The notes beneath the pieces were generated by a model. That model saw only the letters and a list, made by a program, of their open reading frames with translations, searched no databases and was not told the origin of the DNA. A DNA stretch of 64,000 bases from Acidobacteria bacterium bin61 (GTDB lineage Bacteria > Acidobacteriota > Vicinamibacteria > Marinacidobacterales > SMYC01), in NCBI GenBank assembly GCA_963578475.1, contig CAUZCL010000008.1, forward strand, positions 56,997 through 120,996, read 5' to 3'. The stretch's first letter is position 1. The number at the start of each line of letters is the position of its first letter. The position numbers were made by a program, and so were the translations under genes. This document shows positions 1 through 9,250 of this stretch, one piece after another.

Positions 1-606
1 GGCTTCGAAATCGGTCGTCGCGTTCTCGATAAAGGCTCGATGCGTGAGACCGGATTTGATGATCTCGCGGGCGACCGCGTTCGCGAGGGCGATATCGGTG
101 CCGACATCGAGACCCAACCAGAGATCGGCCCACTGCGCTGAGCTCGTCCGCCGTGGATCGACCGTATACAGCTTTGCGCCGTTATGAATACCCTTCAAGA
201 TATGGTGGAAGAAGATAGGGTGCGCGTCGCGGGCGTTCGAGCCCCACAGGATGATGACATCCGTTTCTTCGAGCTCACGGTACGAGCTCGTACCCCCGCC
301 CGCTCCGAAAACTTTCGCCAGACCGGCGACGCTGGGAGCGTGTCACGTACGGTTGCAGCTATCGATATTGTTACTGCCCATGACGACGCGCGCGAACTTC
401 TCGGCCGTGAAGTTCATCTCGTTGGTCGACTTGGAGCAGCTGAAAAGCCCGAAGGACGTTCCGCGGCGGTCTTTGAAGCCCGCGGCGGCGCGCTCGAGCG
501 CCTCCCCCCAGCTCGCGCGACGGAGAGACCCGTTCTCGCGAACCATTGGATAGGTCAAACGTTTGTAACTTTTTCGCATGCCTTGCCTCGCGGAAGAGTT
601 TATCAC
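1..606 (-). CDS. Formate-dehydrogenase-type molybdopterin oxidoreductase alpha subunit with selenocysteine read-through at TGA 343-345. Partial: runs off the left edge. The canonical N-terminal Fe-S domain is not present upstream.
   Basis: Minus ORF 343..606 (...FTAEKFARVVMGSNNIDSCNRT) stops at TGA 343-345. The same frame stays open to position 1 as U-HAPSVAGLAKVFGAGGGTSSYRELEETDVIILWGSNARDAHPIFFHH...LYTVDPRRT. This is the C-x-R-x-[C/U]-H-x-x-S-V-A-G-L active-site block of FdhF/FdhA-type enzymes. Upstream of GTG 604-606 (ATG 577-579) the frame closes near 705 without any Cys-cluster domain. Confidence 0.75.
301..345 (-). promoter_or_regulatory. Bacterial SECIS-like hairpin immediately 3' of the UGA
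   Basis: Minus-strand RNA: UGA CACGCUCCCAGCGUCGCCGGUCUGGCGAAAGUUUUCGGAGCG. The outer stem is CGCUCC/GGAGCG and the apical stem is CGCC/GGCG, closing a GGUCU loop. The GGU begins 21 nt after the UGA, which resembles the fdhF-type SECIS as I recall it. Confidence 0.6.
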
Positions 607-644
607 GTAGGATAGTCCATGCTGATTCGCCCGACACTCGCAGC

Positions 645-2267
645 GTGCGCGGCCTGCTCGGCGTACTCTCTTGCGCGCCGGAGGACCCTGAGCCTTTCGT
701 TCTGTTTATCGGCCTCGACGGAGCGAGCCTCGACATCGTGGACGACCTGCGCGCCGAGGGACGGCTTTCGACCTTCGACCGGCTGATCCGTACCGGCATC
801 TCAGGCCCGCTCCAGTCCTGGGCGTCGAAGCCGATCATGAGCGAGAACTTGCGCCGCGGCTTCTGGTCGCCGATCGTGTGGACCTCGATCGCAACGGGTA
901 AGATTCCCGAAAAGCACGGCGTGCGCGATTTCGTCTTGCCCATCCCCGGAACGTCCGTGACGTGGATGGGCGCCGACGAAGACCCTGCCAGCGCTACGAT
1001 GACGATCCCGGAGCTGCACGGACGGACACCTTTCACTCTCACGATGCGGATGCACTCTTTCGCCCGCGCCGGCGCTCAGGCGGTGCAGGTCCTTTGGAAC
1101 GGCGAGCACGTAGACACGGTCCGGATCGAGGACACGTGGCAGGAAATCGCGGTAGAGGTGACCTCAGCGCCGGTGCGGAACACGATCGAGCTCGTTTTCG
1201 CCCGGCAAGCGCGGGCGAATGATGGGCGCAAGCTAGCCGTGGAGCTTTCGTGGGTCTCTGTCACCGACGGCTCCGGTGAGGAGATCTTTCATCTCGACCC
1301 GGTACTCCAACGCGAACAGCTCGGCGCCGGTTTCTACCCGCCGCGGGGACAGCTCACCGAGGTCCAGAGCCTACATTGGCGCGCGAAACCGTTTTGGAGC
1401 CTACTCGGAGATGCCGGAGTGCCGGTCGGGATCCTCGGCTATTGGGGCACGTGGCCCGCCTATCCGGTGAACGGGTTCATCATCTCGTCGCGAATGGGGA
1501 TTCGCGAACAACGCGAGGGGAGCAGCCGTTTGAGCTGGCCGGAAGCGCTGGCCGAAGAGATTGCCCCCATGGCTCCCGACGCCATCGATCTCGCACCCAC
1601 GTTCGAGCGTGTCCACGTCTCGGAGTGCGACCCGCCGCTCATCGAACAGCAGTCCGTCTTGAAGAAGATACTGATCCAGGACGAGTACTACGTGCGCGTG
1701 GCTCGTAAGCTCCTCCCGAAGATGGACTCCGGGATGTTCTCGATCTATCTGCGGTCCATCGATGTCGCCGGGCACCCGACGCTTCACTGGCGCCACGGAC
1801 AGCCAATCCCGGAAGGATGCCCCGAATCGGTCCGCGACATCATGGACGAAACCTACATGCAGATCGATGACTGGCTCCAGGAAATCCTCGAAGCACTCCC
1901 GCGGCGTGCCACCGTCGTGATCGTTTCCGATCATGGGATGCAGCCTATCGAAGGCGGCGGCCATCACTCGCCTTTCGGCTTGTTCATCGCGCAAGGAGAA
2001 GGCCTGCGCCGCGGGGAGGTCTTCCACGGCTCGACCGTGCTCGACGTCGCGCCGACGATCCTTCACTTGCTCGGAGCGAGCGTGCCGCTCGACATGGACG
2101 GGAAGGTAATCGCACAAATCTTCGAAAGTAACTGGCTGGCACAATACGCGCCGCGCTACGCGGACATCGACACAACGCTCGACGTCAAGGATGGAGAGGA
2201 TGGGTTTGAGACCGACGTAAGCGAAGAGGCGCTCGAGCAGCTGCGCGTGCTCGGCTACATCGAATGA
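645..2267 (+). CDS. Alkaline-phosphatase-superfamily enzyme (type I phosphodiesterase / nucleotide pyrophosphatase family), secreted
   Basis: ORF 546..2267. The likely start is GTG 645, giving the signal-like VRGLLGVLSCAPE. Family-typical motifs are FIGLDGAS, WTSIATGKIPEKHGV, VIVSDHGM and VLDVAPTILHLLG. Confidence 0.75.
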   Translation: MRGLLGVLSCAPEDPEPFVLFIGLDGASLDIVDDLRAEGRLSTFDRLIRTGISGPLQSWASKPIMSENLRRGFWSPIVWTSIATGKIPEKHGVRDFVLPIPGTSVTWMGADEDPASATMTIPELHGRTPFTLTMRMHSFARAGAQAVQVLWNGEHVDTVRIEDTWQEIAVEVTSAPVRNTIELVFARQARANDGRKLAVELSWVSVTDGSGEEIFHLDPVLQREQLGAGFYPPRGQLTEVQSLHWRAKPFWSLLGDAGVPVGILGYWGTWPAYPVNGFIISSRMGIREQREGSSRLSWPEALAEEIAPMAPDAIDLAPTFERVHVSECDPPLIEQQSVLKKILIQDEYYVRVARKLLPKMDSGMFSIYLRSIDVAGHPTLHWRHGQPIPEGCPESVRDIMDETYMQIDDWLQEILEALPRRATVVIVSDHGMQPIEGGGHHSPFGLFIAQGEGLRRGEVFHGSTVLDVAPTILHLLGASVPLDMDGKVIAQIFESNWLAQYAPRYADIDTTLDVKDGEDGFETDVSEEALEQLRVLGYIE

Positions 2268-2285
2268 CAGCGAATCAAACGCTGG

Positions 2286-3950
2286 CTACCGGAGGCCAAA
2301 ACCTTCCACAACGAGGTGCCGGTCGGCTGAGACGCGCCCCACGACTTCCTCCTTGCCGTTCGGCCAGCGGACAGTAACGTTCTCGATGGCGTCCAGGGCT
2401 CCGGTGCCGATGTGGATGTCGAGCGTTCCCTGGGACAGGTAGCTGATGCCGGTCTTGACCTCACGTATGACGGTTTTTTCGCCGATAGTCGCCGTGACCC
2501 TAGCGCCGACGGCCTCGCGGTTCGATTCTCGTCCCACGAGGCGGAAGGTTACGGCGTTGCCTTCATTGCCTCCGTCGTTTCGCAGCAGTAGGGCCGACTG
2601 CCCGCATCGGGTTACGAGCACGTCGAGGTCACCGTCGTTGTCGAAATCGCCCGGGGCGGCGCCGCGAGCAACGTTTTCCCGTCCAACCGCCTCACCCAAG
2701 CTCGCTCCCACCTCCATGAAAACACCACCGCCGGTGTTGCGGAAGACGAAATCGCGTTGCTCGTATGTCGAGATGCTGCCCAACTGCTGGATATTGTCGA
2801 TGATGTGCCCGTTCGCGACGAAGATGTCGAGTAGGCCGTCATTGTCATAGTCGAAAAAGAACGTTCCGAAACCGACGAAGTTGAGCGACGCTTCGGCAAC
2901 CCTCGCGTCGTAGGAGACGTCGAAGAAAATGCCGGAGCTCGTGCCGGAATAAAGCGCGTTGTACTCGAAGTCGAGGTTAGTGACGGTGAGATCCATAAAG
3001 CCATCATCGTTGTAATCCGCCATGTCAGTGCCCATGCCGGCCTGGGTCTGGCCGTCTTCACTGTAGCCGACGCCAGACAGAAGGCTTACGTCCGCGAAGA
3101 GCCCGTCGCCCTCGTTGCGATAGAGAAAGTTACGCATCGAATCGTTGGCGACGTAGAGGTCCGCGTCGCCGTCATTGTCGTAATCGCCCCAGACAACACC
3201 GAGACTCTTCCCCTCGACCTCCGTGTACATGCCTGCGGCGTGTGTCACGTCCTCGAAAGTCCCGTCTCCGTTGCCGTGAAACAAGTACCCGGGCGCGGGG
3301 TTGTAGACGTCGGGATGACAATAGGCTTTGATCTTTTTCGCCTGATTGCCGCAGAACTTGTGGTTTTCGAGCGTGAAGTCCACATAGCGGGATACGTAGA
3401 GGTCGAGCCAGCCATCGGCGTCGTAGTCGGCGAACGCAGCGCTCGTGCTGAATCCGTCGACGGACAGGCCGGAAACGGCGGTGACATCGGTGAACGTCCC
3501 GTCTCCGTTATTCCGGTAGAAGACATCAGAGCCGAAGTTCGAAACGTACAAGTCGAGGTCTCCGTCGTTGTCGACGTCACCTGCGGTCATCCCCATGCCG
3601 TAAGTTGCGTCTCCGACGCCGGCTTCGAGCGTCACGTTGGTAAAGCCCGCGACACCGTCGTTGCGGTACAGCACGTTAGTCGGAGTCGCGGCGGCCGCAG
3701 CCGAGCCTGGCAACGGAGCCCCATTGACCAGATAAATGTCGAGGTCTCCGTCACCGTCGTAGTCGAAGAAGCCACCGCCGGACCCCATGGTCTCGACCAG
3801 GTACTTCTCGTCGGTCGCGGCGCTATAGTGAACGAAGTCGATACCCATTTCGAACGTAACGTCTTCGAAAAGGATCGGTTCGTTGCGGGCAAGACCTCCC
3901 GCGGAGAGCGCTGCAACGAGGGCCGCCGTAAAAGCTTGCATCCGAGCCAT
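2286..3950 (-). CDS. FG-GAP/VCBS repeat protein with ASPIC/UnbV C-terminal domain (CRTAC1 family), secreted
   Basis: Signal peptide MARMQAFTAALVAALSAGG. Repeated DxDxDGxxD Ca-binding loops (DYDGDGDLDIY, DVDNDGDLDLY, DYDADGWLDLY, DYDNDGDADLY, DFDNDGDLDV). C-terminal IGARV...G..SYLSQ block. Confidence 0.85.
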   Translation of the reverse strand: MARMQAFTAALVAALSAGGLARNEPILFEDVTFEMGIDFVHYSAATDEKYLVETMGSGGGFFDYDGDGDLDIYLVNGAPLPGSAAAAATPTNVLYRNDGVAGFTNVTLEAGVGDATYGMGMTAGDVDNDGDLDLYVSNFGSDVFYRNNGDGTFTDVTAVSGLSVDGFSTSAAFADYDADGWLDLYVSRYVDFTLENHKFCGNQAKKIKAYCHPDVYNPAPGYLFHGNGDGTFEDVTHAAGMYTEVEGKSLGVVWGDYDNDGDADLYVANDSMRNFLYRNEGDGLFADVSLLSGVGYSEDGQTQAGMGTDMADYNDDGFMDLTVTNLDFEYNALYSGTSSGIFFDVSYDARVAEASLNFVGFGTFFFDYDNDGLLDIFVANGHIIDNIQQLGSISTYEQRDFVFRNTGGGVFMEVGASLGEAVGRENVARGAAPGDFDNDGDLDVLVTRCGQSALLLRNDGGNEGNAVTFRLVGRESNREAVGARVTATIGEKTVIREVKTGISYLSQGTLDIHIGTGALDAIENVTVRWPNGKEEVVGRVSADRHLVVEGFGLR

Positions 3951-4009
3951 CTTACGCCAAACGGAGGGCTTGCTGGACCCTGTCTCCGATGGCTAGAACG
4001 AATTACGGA

Positions 4010-4432
4010 CTATCGAGATGTTTGCGTCCTTCCGCAATCGTTGGGAAGAACGTCGTTCTTCCCAACGAACTCGTAAATCGTCAGATTCTTCCTCAATAAC
4101 CCGACGTCGCTCTTCATCGACTTCAGTTTGGCCATCAGCTTTTCCGCGTTCTCGGAGTCCGGCGTCACAATTACGTTGAGCTGAACACATTTGCCGTCGA
4201 CGTCGTAGATCGTGTTGCGTAGACTTTCGATCTCCGCTCCGAGCTTCTCGGCTATTGAGGCAACTTGCGGACTGGGGACTTCGAAATCGGTTTCCACTTT
4301 CCAGCCCGACGGCATATCGGGAGCGGGAGGCGCTTCTGAAGAGGCGATGCTCGCGCCACCAGCGGTACAGCAGCTGAGGCAGAGAAGGATCGCCCAACAG
4401 GTGTGCCAAAGGGATCGGCTTACAGGGAACAC
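4010..4432 (-). CDS. Hypothetical small secreted or lipoprotein-like protein
   Basis: N-terminal hydrophobic segment WAILLCLSCCTAGG, then natural-looking composition (AEKLMAKLKSMKSDVGLLRKNLTIYEFVGKNDV). The segment looks AT-richer than its flanks. I recognise no family. Confidence 0.5.
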   Translation of the reverse strand: MFPVSRSLWHTCWAILLCLSCCTAGGASIASSEAPPAPDMPSGWKVETDFEVPSPQVASIAEKLGAEIESLRNTIYDVDGKCVQLNVIVTPDSENAEKLMAKLKSMKSDVGLLRKNLTIYEFVGKNDVLPNDCGRTQTSR

Positions 4433-4562
4433 GACAACCTCCCTATCTTCGGGGATAGATCAATTATGCTGGGAGCTACACGAGATGGGAAGTCATGGGC
4501 ACCGAGCCCACCCAACAAGGGTGGTCTCGTCAGGACGATGAAACGACAGGCTGAGGCACGTG

Positions 4563-5738
4563 CTATGTCGTCGGGCGCACGAAAAAGCGATCGAGAGCGC
4601 GCACCGATGTCGCGCCCGCTAAACGCATGGCGAGCTCGAGCTCACGGCGTAAGGTCGTGAGCACCATCTCCACGCCCTCTTGTCCAAAGCTCGCGAGGCC
4701 CCAAATATAGGGGCGCCCCACAGCCACCGCCGTCGCGCCGAGTGCAAGCGCTTTGAAGATATCCGTGCCCCGTCGGAAGCCGCTGTCGACGATTACGGGA
4801 ATGCGGCCGCGAACCGCGTCGATCACTTCGGGTAGGATCTCGATGGTAGAGACGCCGCTCTCCTCGGCACGGCCGCCGTGGTTCGACACGATGAGCCCAT
4901 CGGCGCCGTGCTCGACCGCAAGCGCAGCGTCTTCGCGTCCGACGATGCCTTTGATGAGCACCTTCATCGTCGTGTGCTCCTTCAGACGCTCGATGAACAA
5001 CCACGTGAGGCTAGGCGCATCCAGATTGGTGAGCCCGGTGACGTCAACGTTATCGAACATCGGTTTGCGTCCGAGCCGAAAATAGATGGGCCCACTCTCG
5101 TGGCAAACGGAGCAATCCCGCGCGTCCATCCGTGCCAGGCGTTGCGCCGTCTCGCGATAACTGATCACGGGAAGGTCGACCGTCAAGACGACAGCGGGAC
5201 AGCCAGCGCGCTCGGCGCGCTTCAAAAGTCCTTCGGTCACGTCCCAGCTCGCGGTCGGATAGAGCTGATACCAGACCGGCTTGTCGTGTGCGGCGTTGAC
5301 GTCTTCGACAGAAGACGTCGTCATCGTCGAGAGGATTTGAAGATGGCCGCGGGTTTTCGCGGCACGCGCGACGGCTACTTCACCTTCAGGGTGAAACGCT
5401 TTCTGGCTTCCGACGGGCGCGAGCACGATAGGCGTTTCCCACCGCGTTCCGAACATCTCGATGGAAGTATCCACCTCCCGCACGTCGACGAGTCGGCGCG
5501 CGCGGATGCTGAACTTGTCGAAGCCTTCGCGATTGGCGTGCAACGTGCGATCGCCATCGACGCCGGTCGCCAAGTATCCCCAATGCGCGGGCGGAAGCAC
5601 GTCGCGGGCAACGCGCTCGAAATCGAAGACACTGAACGCCTCCTCGGGGGACGTGATGGCCTTCTCGCCTGGAATCTGCGGCAAGCCCATGAAAAAGGGG
5701 CTCCCCGCGAGAAAACGAAGAAGCTCGCGTCGATGCAT
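4563..5738 (-). CDS. FMN-dependent alpha-hydroxy-acid dehydrogenase/oxidase (LldD / glycolate oxidase family) with Tat-like N-terminus
   Basis: ORF 4563..6026. The best start is ATG 5736-5738, with AGGAG 8-12 nt upstream, giving MHRRELLRFLAGSPFF. TIM-barrel FMN motifs are present: VLAPVG, VSNHGGR, VDSGFRRGTDIFKALALGA. Confidence 0.85.
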   Translation of the reverse strand: MHRRELLRFLAGSPFFMGLPQIPGEKAITSPEEAFSVFDFERVARDVLPPAHWGYLATGVDGDRTLHANREGFDKFSIRARRLVDVREVDTSIEMFGTRWETPIVLAPVGSQKAFHPEGEVAVARAAKTRGHLQILSTMTTSSVEDVNAAHDKPVWYQLYPTASWDVTEGLLKRAERAGCPAVVLTVDLPVISYRETAQRLARMDARDCSVCHESGPIYFRLGRKPMFDNVDVTGLTNLDAPSLTWLFIERLKEHTTMKVLIKGIVGREDAALAVEHGADGLIVSNHGGRAEESGVSTIEILPEVIDAVRGRIPVIVDSGFRRGTDIFKALALGATAVAVGRPYIWGLASFGQEGVEMVLTTLRRELELAMRLAGATSVRALDRFFVRPTT

Positions 5739-5837
5739 GATTGGGTGGTCTCCTCTTTGGCACGCGTCGTGACGGCATTGTATGGTGCAGGGAACATCTA
5801 GGTCTATTGCGCTCGTAGCTACTGGTAAGATGGTTCG

Positions 5838-6594
5838 ATGTTTCAAGATATACGCATAGGAACGCGCCAACTTCTGAAGCGCCCGGGCTGGGCGATAGCT
5901 GTCATCGTTGTGCTCGCGGTCGGCATTGGCGCGAACACGACCATGTTCTCCGGCTTCGAAGCATGGGTTCTGAGACCCCTCGACTTCAACGAGCCGGGCC
6001 AGCTCGTTGCGCTGCCTGGGATGCATCTATGTTCCCTACGCGGACTCGCCCACGACACGCCTCGCGGTGGCGGTCTACGACAGTGCGCCGAACCGCGGCC
6101 TCGCGGCGGCGATGCGTGAAGGATTTCAGGCCTCCGCTCCGGGCGTGCCGTTTGGCGAGGTGTTGACGATGGCGGCCTCGGTTTTCCGCTTGCGCTGGGT
6201 GAGCAGCTTTTTCAGCCGGCAGCTCGTGGCCTACGCCATCCTCGCGATGATCGTCGCGGAGGTCGGGCTCTATGGGTTGACAGCGGACTCCGTGAGCCGG
6301 CGAACGCGGGAGCTTGCGATCCGAACGGCGCTCGGCGCTGAGCGGGCTGGCTTGATACGCTTGATCGTCGTCGAGGCGGTCAAGCTCGGTGTGGTCGGCG
6401 TCCCGATCGGCGTCGTGCTGTCGCTCGGTGTTACGCGCTTCGCGGCACGCATGCTCGTGGATGTTGGCGCTCGCGATCCTTTGGTCTTCACTTCCGTCAC
6501 GGTCTTGCTGCTCGGCGTCGTCATCGTCGCCGCCTTCGTTCCCGCCCGCCGCGCTAGCGCGCTTGACCCCATCCGTGCGCTTCGCACCGAATAG
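5838..6594 (+). pseudogene. ADOP-type MacB/FtsX permease remnant #1: about 58 N-terminal codons fused out of frame to about 190 C-terminal codons
   Basis: 5838.. reads MFQDIRIGTRQLLKRPGWAIAVIVVLAVGIGANTTMFSGFEAWVLRPLDFNEPGQLVAL, a typical ADOP N-terminus. It then switches to the frame of ORF 6007..6594: IYVPYADSP...GLYGLTADSVSRRTRELAIRTALGAERAGL...PARRASALDPIRALRTE, the last FtsX domain. Full-length family members are much longer, so I infer that most of the middle is missing (not measured against a homolog). Confidence 0.8.
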
Positions 6595-6606
6595 GATCTA
6601 CTGATC

Positions 6607-7125
6607 GTGTTGCGCTCTCTCTTGATTTCGAGCTGGGGCATGATGGGCGTCGCAGCCTTCATCCTGCGCGCTCTACTGACACTCACACCCATCGCCCTCG
6701 AGCCAATCCAGAACGGGAGTCTCTCGAGCTGGCACTGGGTCCTTCTCTGTGGATGGGTAGTGTTCAGCGTTTACGCAGAGGGCTATCGGGGTTTCCACCG
6801 GAGCTTTTCGCCCCGCGTCGTGGGGCGGGCGATGGCGCTCGGAGACAGCCGGAGCTGGCTCAGAGTTTTGTTCGCGGCTCCCTATTGCATGGGACTCTTC
6901 GACGCACCGCGTGGGATCCTTATCAGGAGCTGGGTTTTGGTCTTCGCCATGATCTGTATCGTCATCTTCGTCCGTCAGCTCGCGCAGCCTTGGCGAGGGA
7001 TCATCGACGCTGGCGTGGTCGTGGGACTCGGAACAGGGCTTTTGAGCATGCTGTTTCTCTTTGCGCGTGCGATCGCCGACAAAGGAAACGGCTATGACAA
7101 CGAACGCGCAGAATCCCTGAGCTAA
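6607..7125 (+). CDS. Hypothetical polytopic membrane protein
   Basis: 172-aa ORF with about 4-5 hydrophobic helices (GMMGVAAFILRALLTLTPI, WHWVLLCGWVVFSVY, WVLVFAMICIVIFV, VVVGLGTGLLSMLFLF). GTG start 6607, or ATG 6640. No family recognised. Confidence 0.55.
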   Translation: MLRSLLISSWGMMGVAAFILRALLTLTPIALEPIQNGSLSSWHWVLLCGWVVFSVYAEGYRGFHRSFSPRVVGRAMALGDSRSWLRVLFAAPYCMGLFDAPRGILIRSWVLVFAMICIVIFVRQLAQPWRGIIDAGVVVGLGTGLLSMLFLFARAIADKGNGYDNERAESLS

Positions 7126-7283
7126 TAGCCTAGTAGTCCCCGGCCATCGGGAACAAATTGAATTCTTTGCCGGATGCCAAGCGCAGCGTACCGGAAACAA
7201 CATCTTCGCGCTCGGCGTCGACAGTGATGCATTCGTCCGTCAACGTGCCCGCTCCTTTGGGGCCGCTAATCTCGAAAAACGAA

Positions 7284-8706
7284 CACGTTCTCGCCGGGCT
7301 CATCGCCCGTTGGGGCGTCGAGATGCTGAAGCTCTTCGGTCCGACGCAGCTACCGCGGCTCGCAAGTGTCGAGGTTTCCGGGCGTGTCCTGCTGTTGGCG
7401 CTTGCGCTCGCTGTGACAACCTCCGTCGTCTTCGGGATTGTCTCCGCACTCCACATCTCGCAAGGCGGCGCCGCGTTGAAGGTCGGCGCGCGCTCGCCTG
7501 GCGATGTAGGGCGGCAACGCGCACGCCGCCTGCTCGTCGCTTCCGAGGTCGCGCTCTCCGTCGTGCTCTTGACAGGGGCGGGCCTGCTCGCGCGAAGCTT
7601 CGTGAAGCTCGCCGAGGTCGACCCCAGCTTCGATAGCCAGGGCGTGCACACGGTGAAGCTCTCGCTTGTCGATAGCCACTATCCCTACAGCGAATATCGC
7701 CGTATCGCCGGTTTCTACCGGCAGTTGCTGCAACGCCTCGACGAGCTCGGCGAAGTAGAAGCTGCCGGCGCGACGAGCGAGCTCCCGCTCGACGGAAGCT
7801 CGTACGACCTGGGACCCTACGCCTATGACACGCCCGAAGGCGTCGTCGAGTGGGAGTCCGTCGCGGCAAACTATCGCGTGGTTACGCCGGGATTTCTTCG
7901 AGCCGTGCGGGCCCGACTCGTCGAGGGACGCTTCTCGAATGGACGGACGATCTCGACCATCCTACGGTCGTCGTCATCGATGACAAGCTCGCGAGAACCG
8001 TCTTCAAAGACCGCTCTCCCATCGGCGAGCGTCTCCGCGTCGTCGTTTTCATCGAGTCTACACGACCCGTCTGGGCAGAGATCGTCGGTGTCGTCGAGCA
8101 TATGAGGCACCATCCGCGCGAAGACGGTATCGGGCAAATTTATCTGCCGCATCAGCAATCGCTGCAGCGAACCATGGCTTTGGCGATCCGCAGCCCAATG
8201 GGCAAAGCGGCGCTCCTCGATGTCGTGAGAAAGGAAGTCGCGGCACAGAACCCCGCGCAGCCGGTCCAGGGCGTGCGCGCGATGAACGCTTATCTCACGG
8301 AAGCGATGGCACCGACGCGTTTCGCGCTAACACTTCTCGGCATCTTCGCTGTCGTGGCCGTCATCCTCGCGGGGATTGGCCTCTATGGCGTGATCTCATA
8401 CAGCGTGGGCCAGCGCGTCCAGGAGTTCGGTGTGCGGCTCGCCCTCGGTGCCACGCCAGGGAACGTGCGACGGACGATCTTGCTCGAAGGCGCACTTCTC
8501 ACCGCCTTAGGCCTCGCGCTCGGGCTCTCGCTGGCGTCGCTTTGAGTGGCCTGCTACAGAACCAACTCTACGAGATCGGCGCTCGCGACCCGCTCACCTT
8601 CGCTTCGATCGCGTTGTTGTTGAGCGTTATCTCGCTCGCGGCGGTCTACGTCCCGGGACACCGCGCCTCACGTCTGAGCCCGAAGGTAGCACTGCGCGGT
8701 GAGTAG
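7284..8706 (+). pseudogene. ADOP-type MacB/FtsX permease remnant #2: N-terminal third missing, at least 2 frameshifts
   Basis: Homology runs through three frames. Frame of ORF 7158..8105: LAGLIARWGVEML...LVASEVALSVVLLTGAGLLARSFVKLAEVDPSF...VTPGFLRAVRARLVEGRF. Frame of 7850..8545: HPTVVVIDDKLARTVF...GLYGVISYSVGQRVQEFGVRLALGATPG. Third frame: GLLQNQLYEIGARDPLTF...VPGHRASRLSPKVALRGE, stop 8704-8706. Confidence 0.8.
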
Positions 8707-9071
8707 CTCTCGAGCTGCGGGCTCGCGGGCTGCGCTCACGCGGTCCAAGCCTAGACTGCGGGCCGTGTCCCATCCGAAAGCCCACACGTTCGCGCAACGG
8801 TCGACGAGTTTGCCGCATGCCCGTTCCGAGCTCATATATGAACCCGTTCCCATGATGACACCGACGAGCCGAGCCTTTCGTCAGAGTGAGACGCGTCTCC
8901 AACAAGCTCCTCTTTCGGAACGAGCGCCTGCGCCAAACTGAAGCCGAGGACTTGGACGTCACGGTCGAGCTTCGTAACGCACGCGCGACAGACGGCTCCT
9001 ATCGCACCGGCGCCAATTGGCTTGACGACGTCGTAGTGGGCTAGCTTCGTAGCTGGCTCAATGCTCATCAC
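8668..9071 (-). pseudogene. Ser/Thr protein kinase remnant (N-lobe plus a short C-lobe piece, frameshifted and deleted)
   Basis: ORF 8832..9071 reads KLAHYDVVKPIGAGAIGAVCRACVTKLDRDV, a glycine-loop / VAIK-region look-alike. ORF 8668..8853 contains ANVWAFGWDTARSL, similar to the SDVWAFG subdomain IX. The catalytic loop is absent. Confidence 0.55.
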
Positions 9072-9157
9072 TCCCGTTTCGGGAGTATTTCATAGCATCA
9101 AACGTCCGGCGGAGCGCGCTCTGCGTTCCCACCGTCGAGTCATTGATGCTGGGCTCA

Positions 9158-9173
9158 GCGAACACGTGTTCGC
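9158..9173. promoter_or_regulatory. Perfect 16-bp palindrome GCGAACACGTGTTCGC upstream of the amidase gene (candidate operator)
   Basis: Read directly from the sequence. It lies 78 nt upstream of ATG 9251 in non-coding DNA. Confidence 0.3.
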
Positions 9174-9250
9174 TGGCGTCGCAACCCCGCATTTGAACCC
9201 GGCGCCCAGTGCCACTACGATCGAGCTCCGAGGACTCGTGGAGGACGACC

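Noticed and set aside
184-615. 143-aa plus-strand ORF at the left edge
   Set aside because: It is antisense to the formate-dehydrogenase-type frame, which has the clear active-site block. The plus-frame product has no recognisable features.
8543-8545. TGA ending ORF 7850..8545 as possible read-through
   Set aside because: The sequence after it is homologous only in a different frame (GLLQNQLYEIGARDPLTF...). It is therefore a frameshift, not recoding.
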